Source: a virus (Duplodnaviria; Caudoviricetes). From it: 64,000 nt of DNA. Positions 1 through 10,835 of this stretch are shown here, one piece after another; position 1 is the stretch's first letter, and each line of letters opens with the position of its first letter. Position numbers and translations under genes: made by a program. Below the pieces are notes generated by a model. It was not told the DNA's origin and did not search any database. It saw only the letters and a list, made by a program, of their open reading frames with translations. The stretch is from the IMG/VR virus record IMGVR_UViG_3300037067_008333, positions 23,925 through 87,924 of that record, one strand, 5' to 3'.

Positions 1-1945
1 TTCATCTACTACAACTGAAGGATCACCTTTGAAATTTTTGTCCAAAGTATATGATAACAATGGAGCATTGTTGGAAAATATAATGGTCGATTGGTATAAG
101 GTTTATGAGGTTGCACCTAGTGGAGTATTAACTGAAACACTTATTGTTAGTTCTACTACGGATGTTAATGGTGTGGCTTCAGTTGAATTATATGTAACTT
201 CGGGAGAAGAAGATGTTTGCGTGTGTGCTAAATATGGAGATGTTGTATCTAATTTGTGTTGGATACAAGTAAATGTTGCAGTTAATTCTCAATCGAATAT
301 TTTTCAATTTGATAATAGTGATGTTTTTTTGATACCTCAAGATGTATATACTGCTATTGGATATGATGCATGGGGTAATTTTTGGGCGTCTGGTACATTA
401 ACTGAAGGATATGATGGTATTATTACAGGGCAACCTGAAAGATATCCTTATAATGTAACACGCGGTGATTGGAAGGAATATAATGCTAATTTTAGGCGTC
501 CTCCTCTTACTATAGTTAATTATGATGGTATTGCACCATTGTTACCGCAGGAGTCTGATGATGTAGATGAGGTTTTGGGTATATGGAATATAGAAGATTT
601 TGCTCTAGCTAATGATATTGGATATGGTGATATAGATAATTTTATAAATTCGCAATATGTGGCTGTACAAGGTTATTGGGGCCAAGTTATAATTGATGGA
701 TATGATATTCGCAATGTTAGTGATTTTAATGATCATTGTTTAAATAAGTTTGATATTAGTGCTATTGGTAGTATTTGGGAAGAAAAAAATGTTAGTGGAT
801 ATTGGTATGATGTAGCTATATCTGCGAGTGGTAGTATAATGACTGCAGTTAAATATAGTGATGGAATACATGTATCTAATGATGGAGGAGATACATGGAC
901 TGAAACTCTAGGTAGTAATTGGGGGTATACTTCAGTTGATATTTCTGCTAGTGGTACTATACAAGCGGTTGTAGTTGATAATAATTGGAAAGTATTTATA
1001 TCTACAGATAGTGGTAGTTCATGGTCTCAAAAAGGATCGAATGGATACTACTCTGATGTAGCTGTATCAGCTGATGGTAGTATCATTACAATTGTTACGG
1101 GTCGTCCGCAAAGTACTCAAATTACGGGATACATATATGTATCAACTGATACGGGAGATACATGGACACAAAAAGGAAGTGTTAAATGTTGGACAGGTAT
1201 AGCAATGTCAGCAGATGGCACAAAACAAACAGCGGTTGTATATGGTGGTCAGATATATGTATCAACTGATACGGGAAATACATGGGTTGCCAAGGATAGT
1301 AATCGAAATTGGTATAGCGTAGCAATGTCAGCGGATGGTAGTATACAAACAGCAGTTGCACTTGGTCATGGGATATATGTATCTACAGATGGTGGTAATA
1401 CATGGTCGCAAAAAGAGGGTAATAGAGGTTGGGTGAGAGTTGATATGTCAGCGGATGGTAGTATACAAACAGCAGTTGAATATAACGGGCAAATATATGT
1501 ATCAACTGATACGGGAGATACATGGTTACCAAAGGAAAGTGTCAGAGGTTGGAAGGGTGTAGCTGTATCAGCTGATGGTAGTATAATGGCTGCTGCACCA
1601 TGGGACGATCAAATATATGTATCTAGTCATAACGATTTAATGTATACTATATACCATTTAGATTCAAGTGGTACCATTAATATATGGGGAAATGATTCTA
1701 ATCAATTTGGTATAAAGGGATCGTGGAATGATATATACAATGAAGAGACTACTAAATATGATTCATTGTATTATGTTTTATATTGTCCTGGATACCAAGG
1801 TTCTGATCCAGAGTATTTTAAAACACATGATTTTTATTTTCGCGGATTAGCTTTAATGAATACCGATTCCGAAGATGTAGATTATCTGAAACAGGATTAC
1901 ACTATTTACGATTTGATAACAGATACTCCATTGCAGGGATATTAG
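1..1945 (+). CDS. Virion/tail-associated protein with Ig-like N-terminal region and about 7 Asp-box (BNR) beta-propeller blades; 5'-truncated by the window
   Basis: Frame is open from base 2, so the ORF-track TTG at 29 is probably internal. Repeated 40-aa units of the form W..VA.SADG..QTAV...GQIYVSTDTGDTW at aa ~255-535. Confidence 0.7.
   Translation, partial: SSTTTEGSPLKFLSKVYDNNGALLENIMVDWYKVYEVAPSGVLTETLIVSSTTDVNGVASVELYVTSGEEDVCVCAKYGDVVSNLCWIQVNVAVNSQSNIFQFDNSDVFLIPQDVYTAIGYDAWGNFWASGTLTEGYDGIITGQPERYPYNVTRGDWKEYNANFRRPPLTIVNYDGIAPLLPQESDDVDEVLGIWNIEDFALANDIGYGDIDNFINSQYVAVQGYWGQVIIDGYDIRNVSDFNDHCLNKFDISAIGSIWEEKNVSGYWYDVAISASGSIMTAVKYSDGIHVSNDGGDTWTETLGSNWGYTSVDISASGTIQAVVVDNNWKVFISTDSGSSWSQKGSNGYYSDVAVSADGSIITIVTGRPQSTQITGYIYVSTDTGDTWTQKGSVKCWTGIAMSADGTKQTAVVYGGQIYVSTDTGNTWVAKDSNRNWYSVAMSADGSIQTAVALGHGIYVSTDGGNTWSQKEGNRGWVRVDMSADGSIQTAVEYNGQIYVSTDTGDTWLPKESVRGWKGVAVSADGSIMAAAPWDDQIYVSSHNDLMYTIYHLDSSGTINIWGNDSNQFGIKGSWNDIYNEETTKYDSLYYVLYCPGYQGSDPEYFKTHDFYFRGLALMNTDSEDVDYLKQDYTIYDLITDTPLQGY
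800..1640 (+). repeat. Coding tandem repeat with ~120-bp period (propeller blades)
   Basis: Exact 34-bp copy atgtcagcggatggtagtatacaaacagcagttg at 1325 and 1445. atatatgtatcaactgatacggga at 1133, 1253 and 1493. Confidence 0.9.
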
Positions 1946-1954
1946 GAGGTTATA

Positions 1955-2443
1955 ATGTATTCTGGTAGTTTATTGTATCCAAGTTTTTATTCTATAAGTG
2001 AAGTTCCATCATCTCTTAAATTTAACACAATATGTGATGCTATACGATATTCTAATGATGCTTTGAAATACCATACACATTCTGGTGGAAATGATGGAAT
2101 GGTTCTTGGGTCCGAAGCATTATCTGATGATTCTATCACAGAAGATAAAATTTTAGATGATAATATCACTGTTGATAAGTTGGCACATAATTTAGATGGT
2201 GTTTCCATTGGATTTGATTCAGATAAAGTTGATGGATATCATGTAGGTAATGATAGTGGAAAAATACCCATTAATAATGGTACTGTCAATACTAATCTCA
2301 ATGCCGATAAACTTGATGGTAAAGATATAATTGATGTTAAGGTCGATGCAAGAACATATAATAGTGAATTTGTGATAGAAGTGAGAACTTCAGATCCATC
2401 TACTCCTGCAACTGGTAGAATGTGGATTAGATCTGATTTATAA
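1955..2443 (+). CDS. Tail-fibre-like protein
   Basis: SITEDKI..NITVDKL and DSDKVDG/NADKLDG motifs typical of phage fibre shafts. RBS GGAGG. Confidence 0.5.
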   Translation: MYSGSLLYPSFYSISEVPSSLKFNTICDAIRYSNDALKYHTHSGGNDGMVLGSEALSDDSITEDKILDDNITVDKLAHNLDGVSIGFDSDKVDGYHVGNDSGKIPINNGTVNTNLNADKLDGKDIIDVKVDARTYNSEFVIEVRTSDPSTPATGRMWIRSDL

Positions 2444-2454
2444 AGGGAATTTAA

Positions 2455-3354
2455 ATGGTTACGAGATCTATTTTTTATCCAGATTTAGTGTCATCTATGA
2501 CAACCACTCCTCCTTCAGATAGCTATAGTTATCAAGAAATTGATGGATATCATGAATATTGTAGTGGTGTTGCTTTTACACTTTCTATGTTTGTTCGTGT
2601 ATATTTAGTTCAAACTTATCCATATGAATCAGCTTTATTATTATATACATACAACTATTTAAGTGACATAGATTATCCATTTCCGGGAAATCCAATATAT
2701 GGTGGATCTGGAGAATCATCAATTAATATACCAGTTATTACAATTCCATCTTTTGTTAGTGGAGCGTTTATACAAGATCCAATGAAAGTTAGGATGAATA
2801 ATAAATTAAGAATGTCAGTTACTTTAAATATTACAAATCATGGTTTATATACAGATACTACTAATTATATTGGTGTAATAACTCCCCAGTATAGTCAATC
2901 TAATAATGGACCCATATTGGGGGCCGTTAAAATATCTTCTTATTCTACTAATGCGTGGTATATAAAAGTCAATCCACACATACAATGGAGTGGTACATTT
3001 TATCCCGAATATGGATGGCACCGTATTAATGTTAAATATGGGTTATTTTGTGGATCATCTAATATGTATCTTTCAACAACATATGTACCAGGAGTAGATA
3101 TAGGTCTTAGAGTTAAAAAAAATTCTGGAATTGCTAAAGTTGCTTGCTTATCTCCAGGTTCAGATTATGATGTTTATGAGACATCTCAAAGTATGTGCGA
3201 TCAGATAATACGTATATCTAAGAATAATACGATTTACGATGTATGTGCTTATGGTAATAGTAGTAGTGATTTTGGAACTTCCGGATATATTGAGAAAATG
3301 CCACGTATAAGAGCTACTGGGAAGTTACTTTATATGCAAGAGTATGATATATAA
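2455..3354 (+). CDS. Hypothetical virion structural protein
   Basis: 299-aa ORF in the co-oriented, tightly packed structural block. Confidence 0.5.
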   Translation: MVTRSIFYPDLVSSMTTTPPSDSYSYQEIDGYHEYCSGVAFTLSMFVRVYLVQTYPYESALLLYTYNYLSDIDYPFPGNPIYGGSGESSINIPVITIPSFVSGAFIQDPMKVRMNNKLRMSVTLNITNHGLYTDTTNYIGVITPQYSQSNNGPILGAVKISSYSTNAWYIKVNPHIQWSGTFYPEYGWHRINVKYGLFCGSSNMYLSTTYVPGVDIGLRVKKNSGIAKVACLSPGSDYDVYETSQSMCDQIIRISKNNTIYDVCAYGNSSSDFGTSGYIEKMPRIRATGKLLYMQEYDI

Positions 3355-5699
3355 TGGAAATAAAATATCAACAAAAAATTAATAATTCAATATGTATATC
3401 AAAAAATCGTATTAATATATATCCTATGGTTATGGATTATAGTAATATATATAAACATAATCAATATGATGTTATAGGGTTAATTGATGCTGAAATTCAA
3501 GTTGATGGTGATATTAAATATATATCTGATCCAGCTATTACTAATAGTAATATAAGTATAACCACTAAAGTTGATTCTTGGGGTAATCCTTTATTTTACC
3601 AATATCAACTTAAATATGATTGTAAATATCCGGATAATATACAAGTATATGATAAAGATGGTAAGTTAATTCCATTCGTATTAGAATATGGTAGCGTTGA
3701 ATCAGAACATATTTTATTGAGTCATAATACCGAAAAATTATATGACCCTTTGGATAATTATACAATGTATGGTCAAATTGTAACTACTCCTGTTTATAAT
3801 TCAATTTCGGTTTATGGTGAGCTTCCATTTACTATATATGGTGGGTGTTTTTCTTCTGGTGAGATATACTATTCTAATGATACGATATCATCGTTAGATG
3901 CCAATGTATTTTCTATATACTTTCTTTATAAGGAAGTTGATGATGATTACAATGAGCAATTTATATTCAATGAACGCGGTACTATAAATATTGTTAATAG
4001 TGGTGGTAGTAAAAGTCTCAATTTTAATATAGATGGTAATATTGATAGCTGTAGTATTACATACGGTAGGTGGTATCGTCTCGATTATTATTATAATAAT
4101 ATTACTGATACTTCTTCAGCTATTATATATGATTTAACTTCACCTTCATCTCCTGTAGATACATTATCATTCTCAGCATCGTTATTTAATACTTCTAGTG
4201 ATCTTCACATGAAAATAACTTATAATGCTTGTTTTGATGTTGGATTTTTCAAAGATTCATTACCAGATTCCGATATGCCTTTATATGTGCATAGGTATAG
4301 TAAATCTATAACATGGAATGAAAGTGTTCCAGATAGTGATAGTTATAGAATAAGACTATTATTTCAAAGTAATATGCCGGCTATAATTCATTATGATGGT
4401 ATTGATAGTGATGGTAATCTTTTACAAAATCGTAGAGAAGAAATAAATTACCAGTTAGTTTATAAGAAGTATTATAATGCGACAGTTAATGATTGGACTT
4501 GGTCCGAAAATAAAGTTCTTTGCACTAGTACTTTGTATGATGAAATAAGTGAAGGAGATGTGGTATATGTTTATCCAGATATATCTAATCAAGTGAGAGT
4601 TTTTTATGATAGTGTGGATAAAAAAATACACGTTTCTAATGGAGAGTTTTTATCTGACGATTATGATGGTTTAAATAATCTTTACTATTATAATATTCCC
4701 GAATATGAAAATGTGGCTTTTGCTACAGATGGTCAAAATAAATTTAAACCGTATTATATAAAGGTTGTACGAGAACGAGTAAATCTAATTTCACCTTACA
4801 CTATTCAATTAGGTCAGTTTTTTATATATGAAGGGAGTTATCCTGATTATGTAATACCTAACACATATGAAATATATCGTTATTATGATAACAATGGTAA
4901 TTTACAAAAGTTAGTGACTGACGTAGAATCCAATTATATAACTTCTAGGGGAATTAATATATATAAAAATGGTACATTGTTATCAAATTCTGATATTGTA
5001 AATTATAATATGTATAATGGTACAATTACGATGCGTAATAAATTCAATGCTGATGATAAAGTTGAAGTGACTTACTTGAGAAGTGCTCCAGATTTTATAT
5101 TGACTTATCCTATTATAGATCCTTTAATTTCTGAGGATGATGGTGGTGTGGGATCTAATCTTGCTTTTAGACTTTATCTTCGTCCAAACTATCCTAATTA
5201 TGAAATAGAGAATCCCAATGATACCCAGGTTGACAGGTTGTGTTATAAATTTTTAGTAGATGGCGAACCAACTGGTGATTACCGTAGTTGTTTTAGTAAT
5301 CTAACATTTAATCCTACTATAATAACTAAACACGAGGATTATATTATTCCAATCGCAGATGTTTCTATTATTATGGATAGATCATTTGAGGATATACGTG
5401 AACGTGGCGGTGGAATTTTGGAAACTAAGGTTGATTCTTATTCAAAGAGTCCCGCATTTCTGGATGTTGGATATGGTGTAAATGGTAAAATGTTACCACA
5501 ATCTATAGTATTCATAAAGATTCCAAATAGTATTCTTACATATTTAACCGAGACATATTATAACAATGATGAAGATAGTGCTATTATTTATATAAAGGAA
5601 TCCATAGAAAGATATATAAGTTCTGGTGTATTTTATATACTTATAGATGAAGATAATAATTTGTGGAAAAAGCCGTATCCTCTTGGGATAAAAATATAA
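3354..5699 (+). CDS. Large hypothetical structural (baseplate/tail) protein
   Basis: 781-aa ORF, TAATG-coupled to the previous gene, beta-rich Y/N/D/S composition. Confidence 0.5.
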   Translation: MEIKYQQKINNSICISKNRINIYPMVMDYSNIYKHNQYDVIGLIDAEIQVDGDIKYISDPAITNSNISITTKVDSWGNPLFYQYQLKYDCKYPDNIQVYDKDGKLIPFVLEYGSVESEHILLSHNTEKLYDPLDNYTMYGQIVTTPVYNSISVYGELPFTIYGGCFSSGEIYYSNDTISSLDANVFSIYFLYKEVDDDYNEQFIFNERGTINIVNSGGSKSLNFNIDGNIDSCSITYGRWYRLDYYYNNITDTSSAIIYDLTSPSSPVDTLSFSASLFNTSSDLHMKITYNACFDVGFFKDSLPDSDMPLYVHRYSKSITWNESVPDSDSYRIRLLFQSNMPAIIHYDGIDSDGNLLQNRREEINYQLVYKKYYNATVNDWTWSENKVLCTSTLYDEISEGDVVYVYPDISNQVRVFYDSVDKKIHVSNGEFLSDDYDGLNNLYYYNIPEYENVAFATDGQNKFKPYYIKVVRERVNLISPYTIQLGQFFIYEGSYPDYVIPNTYEIYRYYDNNGNLQKLVTDVESNYITSRGINIYKNGTLLSNSDIVNYNMYNGTITMRNKFNADDKVEVTYLRSAPDFILTYPIIDPLISEDDGGVGSNLAFRLYLRPNYPNYEIENPNDTQVDRLCYKFLVDGEPTGDYRSCFSNLTFNPTIITKHEDYIIPIADVSIIMDRSFEDIRERGGGILETKVDSYSKSPAFLDVGYGVNGKMLPQSIVFIKIPNSILTYLTETYYNNDEDSAIIYIKESIERYISSGVFYILIDEDNNLWKKPYPLGIKI

Positions 5700-5700
5700 T

Positions 5701-7251
5701 ATGAAAATATTAAATCAGATAACTTCGGTATTCAATACTAAACAGAAAAAACTTTTAGAAGAGTTTCTGTTTAAAAAGGTTGGATCGGGCCTTATCCAAT
5801 GGAAAGAAGTTTTTCTTCAACAATTTAAAAAGAGACTTCCTAATTTAGCTGACGGTTTGAAGTTAAATAAAATTCCAGGTGAGAGTAAAATAGATATTAA
5901 TTCTGTAAACGAACAACTTGAGGATATAGAAATAACTTTGACATCCTTGGCTGCTGAAGATGAGGTTATAAACACAACACTCCATCGTCATGAAATGTTT
6001 CGTAAAGATGATGTTAAGGTATTTTTTAATATATCCCAGAATTATATGGATATGATTAACAATGAAATTAAGGATTATAGAACAAATAATGTTACAGTTG
6101 AGAATGGCATCATTGAGATGCTCCCTACTACAATAATGGATTTTAGTATAAAAACAGTGGATGTGACTTATTTTCCGGATAATTTAATAGATCGATCTGG
6201 TAATGATCCTACTCCAGATAATATAATCCCAGGGACTGATGCGGATTATTGGCTATCTCAAATAGTAACTCAACATAAATCTCAAGTTGGTGCTGTTGTT
6301 ACTTTCGGATTCAATGGTTATATAAAATTTAATATCTTACAGTTTTCTACAGCGGGAAAATATCCGCTTAGGGTGAGTAAAGTTGAGATAGAAGAAGGTA
6401 ATGGTATTTGGGTTGAGAAAACATTCAGTTTAAATTATTCGGGTAAATACATTCAGTTGATTGCCATGGATGGTGATATTCCTACTACACATTCAACTGA
6501 ATATGTAAGGGTAACTTTTGTCCAGGATCGCGCGGATTTTTTGTGGGAACATACGGTTACAAATGAACGTGAAGTTCTTGAAGATATGGATACCGAGAAG
6601 GATAAGTGTATTACATCATTAATATATAAAGATACATTTGATTTAATTGAAGAAAAAATAGTTAAAAATGTATATAGTTATATATTCGGATTATATTATG
6701 CTCGCATTTTGTTAAAAACATACGATGGTGATAATACCGGTAATTTTTATAGTCGTAAATTTACTCTTGATAATGGATTTGAATTTGTTAATATAAAGAC
6801 AACAGAATATAATCCAAGTCCCTTTACAATTGAATATAAATTAATACAACACGATGGTAGTTATGCTAATACTGGAATAACTACAGGTAATATATTACCA
6901 AATACGAAAGTTAAATTGTTAGATATATTTAAAGACACTCGTGTATTTTCTGGAATGAATGGTAATAGTATATCCTTACAGCATGCTCCAATAAAAAATA
7001 ATTTTAGTTGTTATTTGAATGGTAAAAGTGTGAGATTAGTGGATGAGTTCGATGAGACTAATGATTATCAGGTTATGATAGTAGGTAAGTTTCTATATTT
7101 TAATAAAGCGTTAGTATCTAGTGATACATTGCGTGTATTTTATTCTTATAGAACGGATTATATTATTGTTAAGATTACACTAAAAACTAATACGGTATAT
7201 CAAAGTCCAAATTGTCCTAAAGTTCTGGATTTTAATGTGGAGTTATCATGA
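5701..7251 (+). CDS. Hypothetical structural protein
   Basis: 516-aa ORF with helical N-terminus followed by beta-rich region. Confidence 0.5.
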   Translation: MKILNQITSVFNTKQKKLLEEFLFKKVGSGLIQWKEVFLQQFKKRLPNLADGLKLNKIPGESKIDINSVNEQLEDIEITLTSLAAEDEVINTTLHRHEMFRKDDVKVFFNISQNYMDMINNEIKDYRTNNVTVENGIIEMLPTTIMDFSIKTVDVTYFPDNLIDRSGNDPTPDNIIPGTDADYWLSQIVTQHKSQVGAVVTFGFNGYIKFNILQFSTAGKYPLRVSKVEIEEGNGIWVEKTFSLNYSGKYIQLIAMDGDIPTTHSTEYVRVTFVQDRADFLWEHTVTNEREVLEDMDTEKDKCITSLIYKDTFDLIEEKIVKNVYSYIFGLYYARILLKTYDGDNTGNFYSRKFTLDNGFEFVNIKTTEYNPSPFTIEYKLIQHDGSYANTGITTGNILPNTKVKLLDIFKDTRVFSGMNGNSISLQHAPIKNNFSCYLNGKSVRLVDEFDETNDYQVMIVGKFLYFNKALVSSDTLRVFYSYRTDYIIVKITLKTNTVYQSPNCPKVLDFNVELS

Positions 7252-8834
7252 TAGAATATATAGAATCTATTATTCTTAGTACCAAAGAACGTATAAGGTT
7301 TACTATAGATGATTTGAAATTTAAATTCAAGAGTCTAACTGGATTTTTTGAATATATTGACAAACCTTTGGTTAGTAGTATAAAACCTCTACGTGAAAAT
7401 CATACTCCTTCTTCTATTGCATATAATAAATTTTTGAGTTATGTAGAAAATGATGTAAATTTAATACATAAAATTCAGGATCAGATAAAGGACAACATGT
7501 TAATGTCGTGGAATGTTTCTGAAACTAGTTATCCAGGACAAATAAAAGAAGACGACGAATATGATGATGGTTTCATATTAGAACATGATTCGGCCACAGT
7601 TTTAACTGATAGATTGACTTCTGGTGTTAATAATTTTATAGATGCTATACCATTTATAAAAGATAAACCAATTTTGAAAGCTGAAAGTTCTGATCCCAAT
7701 ATACCAGTTTATTATGGGAAGATGTTTGGTAGTTATATTTATGGGAATGAATCAGGTGAGGATGGTATTCGTTTTGAGAATAATGATGGTTCTCTTATAG
7801 TTGATGGTAAGGATACATTCTGGGAGTGTGAAGCCATGGTATTGCAAGAATATAGGGATGATACTTTATTCTTTCAAAAAGTATATGATAAGGATATATC
7901 TCTTACGACAACTATAAAAATTATATTCAAAGAACCAGTTGCTATTAATACACTTGTTATTATTCCTTATAGTGGCGCAGCTAGCGCTTATTATAAATTA
8001 ATGAAGATAGAACTATCTGATGGAATTAAAGTTTTATCGGTAGATGTTAAGGAAACATTTATACTAGGTGAAACTAATTTTATATTCAATATACCTGAAG
8101 AGTTTACTGATAAAAAAGTTAGGTCTATGTTTATAACTCTCAAACAAGAAAATGGTTATTATATGAAGTATATGCTTGGTTATTTTAAGATTAAAAATAA
8201 CGAATCGTGGTTAGATATAACCGGACCACATGTTTGTGAAATGGCCAGGGCCTATGGTGATAATTTTAATAACAATGTTACACATTTTATCAATAATATA
8301 AATGAGTGGATCTTGAATTATTGGATGCCGGGAACATCATTCACAGAATTACCGGAATTAGTAAATTCCGTTGGAGATGAAGGATACGCTTTAGTTCCTA
8401 GTTCTGAGAGTAAGAGAAAACGATATACTATTGGTATATCTGATATAAAAGTGGGATTTAATGAGTATTCTGAAGTATCAGAGAAAGTTACCGATGAAAT
8501 AGAAATACCTGAAGGTTATAATTCCATATCATTGGATGTTAATGATCAGGGTGATAATTATTATTTTCTTTCGTTTGATAATGGAATGACATGGAATCGT
8601 ATTATACCAGTTGGAAAGGAACCAGTTAGAAATTCTGATTTATATCTGGTGCCAGATAAATTATATATAAATTCAGATATCTCTCTTAAACGTAAACAAA
8701 ATTCGGTGTCTGGTGAAAGGGCTTTTATATCTACTACAAATAAAAGTTTACGTGTTAGATTCGTATTACAACGCGGTGCCAATGGTCTTCTCCCGAGTGT
8801 GTTTAATTGGAAAGTAAATTTTGGTGTTAATTAG
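7248..8834 (+). CDS. Hypothetical structural protein
   Basis: 528-aa ORF, ATGA overlap with previous gene. Confidence 0.5.
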   Translation: MIEYIESIILSTKERIRFTIDDLKFKFKSLTGFFEYIDKPLVSSIKPLRENHTPSSIAYNKFLSYVENDVNLIHKIQDQIKDNMLMSWNVSETSYPGQIKEDDEYDDGFILEHDSATVLTDRLTSGVNNFIDAIPFIKDKPILKAESSDPNIPVYYGKMFGSYIYGNESGEDGIRFENNDGSLIVDGKDTFWECEAMVLQEYRDDTLFFQKVYDKDISLTTTIKIIFKEPVAINTLVIIPYSGAASAYYKLMKIELSDGIKVLSVDVKETFILGETNFIFNIPEEFTDKKVRSMFITLKQENGYYMKYMLGYFKIKNNESWLDITGPHVCEMARAYGDNFNNNVTHFINNINEWILNYWMPGTSFTELPELVNSVGDEGYALVPSSESKRKRYTIGISDIKVGFNEYSEVSEKVTDEIEIPEGYNSISLDVNDQGDNYYFLSFDNGMTWNRIIPVGKEPVRNSDLYLVPDKLYINSDISLKRKQNSVSGERAFISTTNKSLRVRFVLQRGANGLLPSVFNWKVNFGVN

Positions 8835-8843
8835 GAGAAATGA

Positions 8844-10592
8844 ATGTCACGTTTTGTTGATTTATTCAATTTTAAATTATCTCAAATACAATCTATGATT
8901 GAAATTTTATATGAAAATGTAAAAACTCAATATCTGAAGCAGTTATCAAAGTCATTTGCTTCGTATATAGAATTACGGCATGTATATCCTAAGCGTGAGG
9001 ATTTTTCTGATGATTTCCAAGATACTACTAGAGTTGAAGTTGAAGATAATATTATACTGGACCGCGATGGTTATAGTCTGGGTTATAAGATAACTGAGAA
9101 AAAGTTCATGTCAAATTTATATAAAATAACCACGTATCCAATGGTGATGCCTGGAGGTGAAATAATACCGGGTAGTAATTTTTCTGATATATTCAATGAG
9201 AATATAGGATTTTGGGGATATAAAAATAGTAATGAAGTTGAGTCATACTTCACTGTAGATTTATCTAAGAAAGATGCTATTAATAAGGTTTTTTTGAGTT
9301 CTAACAATGTATTAGATATTGATCTTTATGTCAAAGAGGACTATGATAAAGAATGGATAAAAATTGGCACGCGAAGTGGTTTGGATCATATGTGGAATTT
9401 TAAACCAACAAGTTGTGTCTCATTGAAATTCCAGTCAAATACTTCATTGTTTTCTGTATCTAGGTTGCAGGCCGGTTTAGCGCAATATCAACAAAATGGA
9501 AAGTTAGAAAGTCAGTATTATGCTATTTCTGATTTATATAAGTTAAAACTAGATCGAGATGATGATATTCCAGAAAATACTATTATAGATTATAGTATTA
9601 GTGTCAGTGGTCAACTTACGGAATATGCTATTGAAGATAATCTTATCATAAGTGGAGGTGTATTATGGCATACATCTAGTGGTACTTTGTCGTCTTATTC
9701 GCTACCGTCAACTTATGTTGAGGATAGTTTAACGGTGCGTGTGGGATATAATGAATGGGATATTGTATCCACATATGATTGGTTGTGGACCATTGTTCCT
9801 GATTCTGATTTTAGTTTTAGTGAGGGGGTTATAACTATATCTGAGGAATATAGTATAGTAGAAGGATCATTGCAAAGAGTGGTTTTAGGTAATACAATTT
9901 TTAATGAAAATGTAGATTATTCTGTAATATACAACATAAGCGGTAATGAAATAACTATAAAATTACTAGATAATAGTAATATACCTTCCGTAGAATTAGA
10001 TAACTTGAGTTTTTCTATTTTAGCTAAAAAACAAGAACCGGTTAATCAATTGCGGGCATATGTTGACCTTGAAAATAATGGAGATATAATTATACAGGGA
10101 TTAACAATACCATTTAGGATAAGACATGTTGTTATAAATAACGGTATTGTTAAAGATAGTACTCAAGAAATAAACTCTGATAATATGTCAATTTTCTTAG
10201 AAAGTATAGACGGTGTGACCTCATATGTATTAGACGGTATTGCGGGTACTAATTTAGTTGAATTGGAGTATCTAGATGATAATGATGATACTTATATACC
10301 AGATATTTTACCGAGTATATCGAATGTTGAATATTTTTCCAAGAGGTATTTTTTACTGGAAGTTGCATCGGATCCAACCGAATATGAGTATGTTTTAGAT
10401 ACAGTTATAGATTCTTCCGGAGTTATTCAATATTATGAATTAACTCCAGGTACATCGGGTACCCTATGGTTTAATTATGCCGAATCTTTTGGGATTGATA
10501 CTAATGTGAAACTTATTGCTTCTTTTACTAGCACCGATGGTAAAAATACACCAACATTAAGGTCATATAATATTGAAAATTATATAAAATGA
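8844..10592 (+). CDS. Hypothetical structural protein
   Basis: 582-aa ORF, RBS AGGAG. Confidence 0.5.
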   Translation: MSRFVDLFNFKLSQIQSMIEILYENVKTQYLKQLSKSFASYIELRHVYPKREDFSDDFQDTTRVEVEDNIILDRDGYSLGYKITEKKFMSNLYKITTYPMVMPGGEIIPGSNFSDIFNENIGFWGYKNSNEVESYFTVDLSKKDAINKVFLSSNNVLDIDLYVKEDYDKEWIKIGTRSGLDHMWNFKPTSCVSLKFQSNTSLFSVSRLQAGLAQYQQNGKLESQYYAISDLYKLKLDRDDDIPENTIIDYSISVSGQLTEYAIEDNLIISGGVLWHTSSGTLSSYSLPSTYVEDSLTVRVGYNEWDIVSTYDWLWTIVPDSDFSFSEGVITISEEYSIVEGSLQRVVLGNTIFNENVDYSVIYNISGNEITIKLLDNSNIPSVELDNLSFSILAKKQEPVNQLRAYVDLENNGDIIIQGLTIPFRIRHVVINNGIVKDSTQEINSDNMSIFLESIDGVTSYVLDGIAGTNLVELEYLDDNDDTYIPDILPSISNVEYFSKRYFLLEVASDPTEYEYVLDTVIDSSGVIQYYELTPGTSGTLWFNYAESFGIDTNVKLIASFTSTDGKNTPTLRSYNIENYIK

Positions 10593-10613
10593 TATATATT
10601 ATAAGGGTATATT

Positions 10614-10826
10614 ATGCTAAGAACATATAGAATTAATTTTCGTAAAAATTGGGTCATCCAGCCTTCAGTTTGGAATAAATTTTTTACCAATTTGGAGTTG
10701 GATCTTATTGATTTGAAAGCTGAGTTTGATGCTCAGATATTTTCTGCAACTACATTTCATACAGCTTCCGAGGACATTATTACAGATGGAGGCAAAGATA
10801 ATAGGATAAAACATCCTAATTTATAA
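10614..10826 (+). CDS. Small hypothetical protein
   Basis: 70-aa ORF filling the gap between structural genes. Confidence 0.45.
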   Translation: MLRTYRINFRKNWVIQPSVWNKFFTNLELDLIDLKAEFDAQIFSATTFHTASEDIITDGGKDNRIKHPNL

Positions 10827-10835
10827 AGGTGATTT

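Noticed and set aside
800-1640. Regularly spaced ~34-bp repeats as a CRISPR array
   Set aside because: They are in-frame parts of 40-aa protein blades with similar intervening sequence, not unique spacers.
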